A stretch of 64,000 nucleotides of DNA, taken from Candidatus Oxydemutator sp. (GTDB lineage Bacteria > Pseudomonadota > Gammaproteobacteria > Poriferisulfidales > Oxydemutatoraceae). The notes under the pieces are model-generated. The model was not told the origin of the DNA. It saw nothing but the letters and a program-made list of their open reading frames with translations, and searched no databases. A program made the translations under genes and the position numbers. Each line of letters begins with the position of its first letter. Position 1 is the stretch's first letter. The DNA is taken from positions 1,152,001 through 1,216,000 of the forward strand of contig OZ241883.1 of NCBI GenBank assembly GCA_965203445.1. Reading direction: 5' to 3'. Shown here in pieces: positions 31,805 through 40,100 of the stretch.

Positions 31805-34126
31805 TCAGAACGTCAGTTGCAGGCCGACGCCGGTGTGAAAGTCGGAGTGGTGCATTGCGCCTACGGACAGGGTTTTGTTGATCTCCCAGAACAGGCCGAC
31901 GTGGTATTCGTCCTCGTCGTCGAACTTGTATTTCCAGTGGAGGCTGGCGCGCTCCGTCAGTTGCAGCTCGGAGTGCAGCCGCAGGCTCAGGTCGTTGTCG
32001 GTGTCGAGGCGCAGGCTGGTCTCTATCAACAGCGGCAGCGTGTAGCCGATGCCGACGGCGGCCGCGGTTTCCGGCGCCTCGTGCCGATCCTCGCGCTCTG
32101 GGTTGACGCCGATCTGGAGGTTCAGGAAGCGCCCGACGTAACGCTTATAAAACAGTTCCGCCTCGTAGCCCCTGTCGTAGTCGTAGTCGTACTCCAGCTC
32201 GATCTCGTTGCGCGTGTTCGACGCCACTACGTCGCCGACGATCATCCGGTGCAGCAGCGCGGTCTCGCTGCGCAGATACCATTCGTCGTCGTGCGCGATC
32301 TTTTCTATCACGTCGCCCCCGGCGCTCGAGGAGTCCGCGTAGCTGATGACGCGCGCCATGCCCGTGTGCATGTGGTAAAGATTGTGGCAGTGGAAGAACC
32401 AGTCCTTGTCCTCGTTGGCCGCGAACTCGATGGCGGTGGTGTCCATCCGCGCCACGTTGACGGTGTGCTTCAACGGGCTGTGTTCGCCCTGTCCGTTCAG
32501 CACGCGGAAGAAATGTCCGTGCAGGTGCAGCGGGTGGTTCATCATCGTCTGGTTTTCGAGCACAAGGCGCACGTTTTCACCCTTGCGGATGCGGATGGTG
32601 TCGGACTCGGAAAGAGTCTTGCCGTCGAACGACCAGACGTAGCGCTCCATGTTGCCGGTGAGCGCCAGGCGTATTTCCCTCGTGGGCGCGTCGGTGCCAA
32701 GCGTAGTCGGGCTTCGCGCGCGCAGCGCCGAGTAATCGGTCATGTGCTCGATAACGCCGCCGTGTGCGTCGTGTCCGGCATGTGCGGCATGTGCGGCATG
32801 CTCGGTGTGTCCGGCGTGCTCGGCGTGTCCGGTGTGTTTGCCGTGTGCAGTGTGTTTGCGATGTTTGGCGTCGTGATCGTGACGTTGCTCGAGGCGCGAA
32901 GCCGCATCGTCGCCGTCGTGTGCGTCGCCGCCCTCATGACGCGCGTGGCTCATGCCGCCGTCGTGTGCGTCGCCGCCCCCGTGATGTGCGTGGTCCATCA
33001 GGTACGGGTTGGGGGCCGGCACCGCGGGCGCGTGCACGCGCTCACCCGCGCCGACGAAGGTGTTGCTGAAACCGGTGCCGTCTTCCGACGTCGCGCGCAG
33101 CGCGTAGGCGCGGCGTTCGGGAATCTCGACCAGCACGTCGTAGGTCTCGGCGATCGCGATACGCAGGCGCCGCACTTGGCGCGGCTCGACCGCAAGCCCG
33201 TCGGCGGCGATGATCGTCATCGCGCCGCCGGCAAACTCGACGTAAAAATAACTCGAGGCCGCGGCGTTGATCAGCCGCAGCCGCACGCGCTCGCCGGCGG
33301 CCGCCGCCAACGTCTGCTCCGGTTTGCCGTTGGCCAGAAACAGGTCGTAGCCGACGTCCGACACGTCCATCGGCCCCATCCGTATCCACGCCCCGTGCAC
33401 GCGGTTTTTGACCGCGTCCCAGCCGTGCGCCAGCACCTGATCCCACGACTGCACGGCGTTCTTCTTGCGCGCGTAATAATCGCCGTCCTGCTTCAGGTGG
33501 CGCAAAACCGCGTGCGGATGCTCGTCGGTCCAGTCGGACAGCACCACGACGTAGTCTCGTTGCGCTTCGAGATTCTCGCTCCCGACGCGAGGCTCGTGAT
33601 GGGACTTGTGATCGTGCCTGGGGTGGAACACCAGCGCGCCGTACACGCCGCGCTGCTCCTGCAAGCCGCTGTGCGAGTGATACCAGTAGGTGCCGGCGTG
33701 GGTCACCTCGTATTCGTAGGTGAACGAGGCGCCGGCGGCAATCGGCTGCGTCGTAAGCCACGGCACGCCGTCCTGGTCGTTCGGCAGCAGCACGCCGTGC
33801 CAGTGCACCGAACTTTCCTCGTCAAGCCTGTTGTGGAAGGTAACGCGCAGAACGTCGCCGACGGTCGCCTCGATGGTCGGCGCCGGAATCCGCCCGTCGA
33901 CCGCAAGCGCCCGCACGGGCTTGCCGGTGAAATCCACGGTTATCGCGTCTATGTCGAAGGCGTATTCGACCACGCGCGCTTGCGCACCGGTCGCCAGCAA
34001 CCCCGCCAGACACAGCACATGCGTCACCCTCTCCCATGGGGGAGAGGGTTTGTTAAGGCGTTGAAACGAAAACAACGATACAGCTCCTCTGGGAGAGGGT
34101 TTGATGGGGCACCGGCCTGCGGCCAT
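31805..34126 (-). CDS. copA: CopA-like multicopper oxidase with His-rich linker and C-terminal extension (start uncertain)
   Basis: HWHG, WYHSH, HPLHLHGH, HCHNLYH copper motifs. Confidence 0.88.
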   Translation of the reverse strand: MAAGRCPIKPSPRGAVSLFSFQRLNKPSPPWERVTHVLCLAGLLATGAQARVVEYAFDIDAITVDFTGKPVRALAVDGRIPAPTIEATVGDVLRVTFHNRLDEESSVHWHGVLLPNDQDGVPWLTTQPIAAGASFTYEYEVTHAGTYWYHSHSGLQEQRGVYGALVFHPRHDHKSHHEPRVGSENLEAQRDYVVVLSDWTDEHPHAVLRHLKQDGDYYARKKNAVQSWDQVLAHGWDAVKNRVHGAWIRMGPMDVSDVGYDLFLANGKPEQTLAAAAGERVRLRLINAAASSYFYVEFAGGAMTIIAADGLAVEPRQVRRLRIAIAETYDVLVEIPERRAYALRATSEDGTGFSNTFVGAGERVHAPAVPAPNPYLMDHAHHGGGDAHDGGMSHARHEGGDAHDGDDAASRLEQRHDHDAKHRKHTAHGKHTGHAEHAGHTEHAAHAAHAGHDAHGGVIEHMTDYSALRARSPTTLGTDAPTREIRLALTGNMERYVWSFDGKTLSESDTIRIRKGENVRLVLENQTMMNHPLHLHGHFFRVLNGQGEHSPLKHTVNVARMDTTAIEFAANEDKDWFFHCHNLYHMHTGMARVISYADSSSAGGDVIEKIAHDDEWYLRSETALLHRMIVGDVVASNTRNEIELEYDYDYDRGYEAELFYKRYVGRFLNLQIGVNPEREDRHEAPETAAAVGIGYTLPLLIETSLRLDTDNDLSLRLHSELQLTERASLHWKYKFDDEDEYHVGLFWEINKTLSVGAMHHSDFHTGVGLQLTF

Positions 34127-34147
34127 CCTCTCCCAGAGACAGAGGGT
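34025..34147. repeat. Cluster of palindromic REP-like elements
   Basis: CCCTCTCCCATGGGGGAGAGGG, CCGGCCTGCGGCCATCCTCTCCCAGAGACAGAGGG. Confidence 0.75.
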
Positions 34148-34152
34148 AGCGA

Positions 34153-37100
34153 CTACCGGCGCGTGCGGCGGCGTTGCAACAAGGCGGCCGAGGCGAGCAG
34201 CAGCAACGCCAGCGCGCCGGCCAGACCGAAACTGCCGCCGCCGCTTGGCGGTAACGGCGCATCCACCGCATCCACCAAACCCAGCGGGTCATCCACTATG
34301 CCGTTGACCGTCCCATCCTCGTCGTTCGGGCCGCCGTCCACTACGTAAATCACCAGGCATGCATCGTGCGCCTGCTTCTCGATTATTCCGTCGCCGGCTT
34401 TGCGGTAGCGATCACCCGCGTCGGGCGGGCACGCCCCGCCGTCGTCCAGCGGAGCAAAACCATAGTCGTTCGCTCCAGACGTGTCGAAGGGATCTTCCGA
34501 AGGCAACTTGACCGGAACCATGCCCGCCTCCCGATACAGGTTCGCCGGCAGTGGAATAATCACGCCCGCCGCACCGCCCGTCAGGTCGCCGTCGGTGCTT
34601 ATCGCCGCCACGTCCACCCCGTGTACCTCAAAATCATATATCACGCCGTAATCATATATCACGTCGTACGACGGATTCTCCAACGAGGACGCAGCGTAGT
34701 CGGAGTAGCCGAGCGCCAGCCCCGCCATGGCGCGCTCGCTCACTCTGGTTCGCGCACTCTCGCCTATGCGCAAACGATGCAGCGGCAACACCGGGCGCAT
34801 GTGGTGGGAACCGTCCGCACCCGCCATCGTGCCGGTAACGATCACCGGCAACACGGTACCGCCGCCGAAGTTATCCACCGCGTTCTCTATGCCGTCGCCG
34901 TCATCATCAGTCGCAGACAATATCGGCCACCCGTATTCCGACTCCACGCTGCTGCCGCCCGAGGACAGCGTCACCTGAAGCACCAGCGTCGCCGTCGTCG
35001 CGTCCGCCGCTATGCCGAAAGGCACCGTCACCACGTAGCCCGTCGTCGCGTACCAATTCGTCCCAAGCGCGCCCGTGGCCGTGGACGCAGCCTTCACGTC
35101 CACCACTTTCGCGGTGCCGTCCGCCGGCGCGCGCGCCGCTATGCGCAACGAGTAGCCGCTCTCGCCGACCCGCAAATCGGTGCGCGCCTCGCCGTTTCGC
35201 GTCAATTCGGCGGGCCCCAGCAACAACTCGGCCTGCGGCAACAACGACACCCGCGTCCCGGTCACCAGACCGAGCGAGTATTTGTCCGCCGTCAATTCGG
35301 ACAACCCGTCCGAAGGACGCCACAGCAGTTGCGGCGTTTCGTCTCCGGTATCCGCCCCGATGATCTCGTAGCGCGAGGCTTCCTCCGCGGAAGCGACCAC
35401 AATGCGGCCCGAAGTCGTCAACAGCGCCACGCGCTCCATCCCCGTGCCGGTCTCCGTCGTCACCATCAGGTGCAAGCGTGCGCCCGTCGCCGCCGCTCCG
35501 TCCTGCATCGCCTCGACCGCAACGCCGCCGCCCTTGCCTCTCGTGTACAAACGCTGCGACGCCATGTTCAGCTCGACCACGCGCCGCACGCTCTGCTGCG
35601 GCAGGCCGCTCGCCGTCGCCGTCGTGAAACGGTAGCCGGCCTCATTCGGCGCGAACCATCCGATCACGTGATCCACCCCGGCACGCATATTGCCGAAGTC
35701 CACCGTCGCGCAACCGCCCTCCGACAGAGGCGCGTCGTAGTTCGACGGAAAGTTCCCGTCGCAACCGTACGTCGCCGTCTCGCCGCCGCTGCTGTAGCCG
35801 AACGTGTTCGACAGGTAATACGCCCGCAAGCGCGTCGCCGTGGGCGTCACCATAACGCCGAGATGCTCCAGGGCACCGTTTGCGCGCACGCCCGAGTACG
35901 CCACGTGCGCGGTCGCCGCGACGCCCCGCGCCAACGTCACCGTCGGCACGTCGTCCGGCACCCCTTCGGCAGACAGCGGGTTGCTTCCCAACCTCGTCTC
36001 CAGTGCGTCCGCAATGCCGTCGCCGTCGCGGTCCCTTCTCGCATCGCGCGTCATCCGGCCAATCGCGCTCCGCAGCAGGTTGCGACCGCCGTCCGGCGCG
36101 GCTTCGCCACGCTCCAGCGCCAAATCGTATATGCCCGGATTCTCGCGGCCTGATCGGTAGCAGTAGCCGACCCAGACGTTGTCCTCGGTTCGCGCAAGCG
36201 GCCTCGCCAACTCGAGCACCACCGCCCGGGCGTCGTCGTAATACGCCCGCATAACGCCTATCGTCATCGCCGCCGAGTTGTCGGCGCACGGATCAACGCG
36301 CGATTGAAGGTTCAGGATTACGACGAAACCCTCGAACTCGGTGCCCGCGCCAAGACTCACGGAAGCGGTCGAATTGCGCGCGTTCTCCCGTTCACTCAGA
36401 ACCTTGACCTCCTCGGACAACGGCAGCCACAACCTGGACGAACCGGGCGCAAACGCGGGCGCATCCTCGCCAAACAGAAACTGCGGCGGTTCGGTGTCCG
36501 ACACGACGCCGGGCGGCGGCGAAACCATGCCGCGTTGACGCTCTACGGAAAAGCCGCCGTATTGCAGCGCCGGGTACTGCCCCGAAGTGCCGAAGTCCCA
36601 CGGATCGTCGTTGCCGTTCACGCCGGTCATGGTGCTGCCGTCCACGTCTATATTCCAGTTCGCGTAGATGCCGCCGTAGGTCGTCGGCGTCTGCAACGAC
36701 GCGGTGTCGGTGCCAATCGCGCCGCTGCCGGCGCTCTCGGCTTGGCCGCTGGCCTCGGTATCCCAGTAGGAGTCTTTATAGTTGTCGCCGCCGGACACAG
36801 TCTCACTCTGCCCGACCAGACCGCCCACCATAGCCGTGCCGGTGACTGCGCCCGCCGCGTAACTGGCTATGATCTTCTCCGCACCCGTCGCGTTGTTCTT
36901 TCCCACCAGACCGCCCGCCGACGAACCACCGCGAACGCGAACCCGCGCGTAGCTAGCCTTGATCCTGACGCCGCCCGAATTTCCCAGAGCACCCACCAGA
37001 CCGCCCACCTCCGACGTGCCGGCTACCGAACCTCCCGCCACGTAACTCGTCACCACCGTTCCAGTGCTGATGCTCCCCGTCAGCGCGCCAACCTGATTGC

Positions 37101-40100
37101 GCCCGCTTACGTCCGCGTCCACTATGCCGACGTTCCTTATGGCCGGCGTCTCTTCCGCAGTGTGATCGTCACTGTTCCTGAAACCAAAGTAACCAAACAG
37201 ACCGACGTGATCCTCGGTCGGGCGATGGATGAACAGATTTTCGATAACGTGGCCTTGGCCGTCGAAATCGGCGACAAAATTGTCGCTTTCAGTGCCTATC
37301 GGCTGCCAGCCCTCGGTGCTGCTGCTACGGCTCCAACGCGAAGCGCCCAGGTCCACGTCGGCAACCAGCGCGTAGCCGGTGCAGTTCGGGGCACAACCTG
37401 CGTCCGCAAACGCGGCACGCCAGGAGGCGCTGCTGGCCTCGGCGGGCGCGCCGTCGCCGTCCAGGTCCCAGCGCATCGCGTGCAACTGCGCGGGCGTGCG
37501 CACGGCTATCAGCGTCGCATCGTCCACTATCGTCACCATGAGCGCGCTCTTGTTCGGGTTTATAGTCACCCTCTCGGGAGCAGACGCCTCCGAAACAAAG
37601 CCCAAATTCACGGTGAACGTCTCCGCACCCTCGACGACGTCGTCATCGATCAAAGCCACGCTGCTACACGTGCTGTTGACGCTGCTGCCAAAGGGGCCTA
37701 TCACCGTGGCGGAAGACACGTAGTCGTCGCCCGCCACGGCGCTGCCGTCCGCCATACGCAACGCCAAACTGAAGTCACTTCTCTCTATCAGGCCATCAGT
37801 GCTCGGATCCGTGATCGCGACGCACACGGAAGCCGACAAATCAACGCCCTCGGTCACCGTCAGCGTGGTCTGCTCGAAACCGATTGTGATTTCGTCGTCT
37901 TCCCCTATTGCCACCTCCGCTACCGCGGGATTGATGGTGACTCTTTCCAGCGTCTGGCCCGGGGGCGCGGTCAAGTCCAGAAAAAAGCTCTCAGCGTCTT
38001 CACGTATCGCATCGTCCGTGATATCAATAGCGAAGCATTGACGCCGAGTCCTGTTCGAGAACGGTCCGACGTCTTGCTGATTGATCGAAACATAGTCGTT
38101 GGTGCCGGCGGTGCCCGGCCTCGTCGAGACCCTCAAACTGAACCGCCGATCCAGAGGCTGCGTACTCAACGGCGTGGTCGGAACCACGCATGCAGAAAAA
38201 CCACCACTGTCCTCTTCCGTGCTATAGGAGGCCCGTTGAAAACCGATTACAACCGGGTCGTCGTCCTCTATCGTCGCCGTCGCCATCTGCGTGGATTCCG
38301 AATAACCGGCGCTCACCAACTGCAACGGAATGGTCTTCGCTTCCTCCGGTATCACGTCGTCAACGATGCTTATTGTTACATCGGCTCGCGTGGCGCTCGA
38401 CGCATTCAATGAAAACACGACCGGCGACGTTGACAAGTCATAATAAAAAAACGTGTCGCCGCGGAAATTCATCAATAGCGTCGTGCCGTCGTCCAACGCC
38501 GTCACCATGCCGGTGACCGAAAAATCGCTTATCCTCAGCGCCTCGTCCGAAAGCCGCACCGTCACCGTGACGACAGCGCCGGAACTTTCCACCGCCGAAT
38601 ACATCGAACTGGAAAAAACCACCGGCGGCCCCGTCAACTCGACCGGCACCGCGCCGCGCTGCCGCGCGACCGAAAAACTGCTCGCCTGCAACACCGGATA
38701 CTGCATCGAAGTGCCGAAGTCCCACGGATCGTCGTTGCCGCCCACGCCGGTCTCGGTGCTGCCGTCCACGTCTATATTCCAGTTCGCGTAGATGCCGCTG
38801 TAGGTCGTCGGCGTCTGCAACGACGCGGTGTCGGTGCCAATCGCGCCGGTGCCGGCGCTTTCGGCCAAGCCGCTGGCCTCGGTATCCCAGTAGGAGTCTT
38901 TATAGTTGTCGCCGCCGGACACAGTCTCACTCTGCCCGACCAGACCGCCCACCATAGCCGTGCCGGTGACTGCGCCCGCCGCGTAACTGGCTATGATCTT
39001 TTCCGCACCCGTCGCGTTGTTCTTTCCCACCAGACCGCCCGCCGACGAACCACCGCGAACGCGAACCCGCGCGTAGCTGGCTTTGATCCTCACGCTGCCC
39101 GAATTTTCCAGGGCACCCACCAGACCACCCACCTCCGACGTGCCGGATACCGTGCCTCCCACCACGTAACTCGTCACTACCGTTCCAGTGCTGATGCTCC
39201 CCGTCAGCGCGCCAACCTGATTGCGCCCGCTTACGTCCGCGTCCACGATGCCGACGTTCCTTATAGCCGGCGTCTCTTCCGCAGTGTGATCGTCACTGTT
39301 CTTGAAACCAAAGTAACCGAACAGACCGACGTGATCCTCGGTCGGGCGATTGATGAACAGGTTTTCGACAACGTGGCCTTGGCCGTCGAAATCGGCGACA
39401 AAATTGTCGCTTTCAGTGCCTATCGGCCGCCAGCCCTCGGTGCTGCTGCTGCGGCTCCAACGCGAAGCGCCCAAATCTATATCGGCATCCAGCGCGTAGC
39501 CGACGCAGTTCGGGGCACAACCTGCGTCCGGAAACGCGGCACGCCAGGAGGCGCTGCTGGCCTCGGCGGGCACGCCGTCGCCGTCCAGGTCCCAGCGCAT
39601 CGCGTGCAACTGCGCGGGCGTACGCACGGCTATCAACGTCGGAGCGTCGTTGTCCTCTATCGTCACCGTCAGCGTGTTGCTGGCCGCTGCAAACTGCAAC
39701 GTCGAACTGATGGTGAAAGTCTCATCGCTCTCGACCACGGCATCGTCCACCGTGGGCACCGAAGTGCAGGTGCGGCCGCGCACCGGGTCGGGCTGGACGG
39801 TGATGGAGCGAATACCGGAACCGCCGCGGTCATAGTCGCCGGGATGTTCGGCGCTGCCGTCCGCCACCGTCAGCTGGGCTACGAACAACGGACTGGTGAA
39901 CCCTATGTCCGACACCACACAAGCCGTGACCGGCTCACCTTCGCGCAGCCGCAGGCTTGATCGCTCGAAGCCGAAGGAGACCACGTCGTCGTCTCGGATG
40001 ATCACCTGCGTCTGCTGAACGGTGCCCTTCTCCACCGCCCTCGGCAAATCGCGGAAGTTCACCGTGAAGGCCTCGTTGTTCTCCTGCACCCTGTCGTTCA

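Noticed and set aside
31817-34348. Long antisense/shadow ORFs (e.g. 31817-34348 +, 36304-38412 +, 48149-50443 -, 6681-8294 +, 12260-14158 +)
   Set aside because: They overlap well-supported genes and lack recognisable motifs; expected in high-GC DNA.
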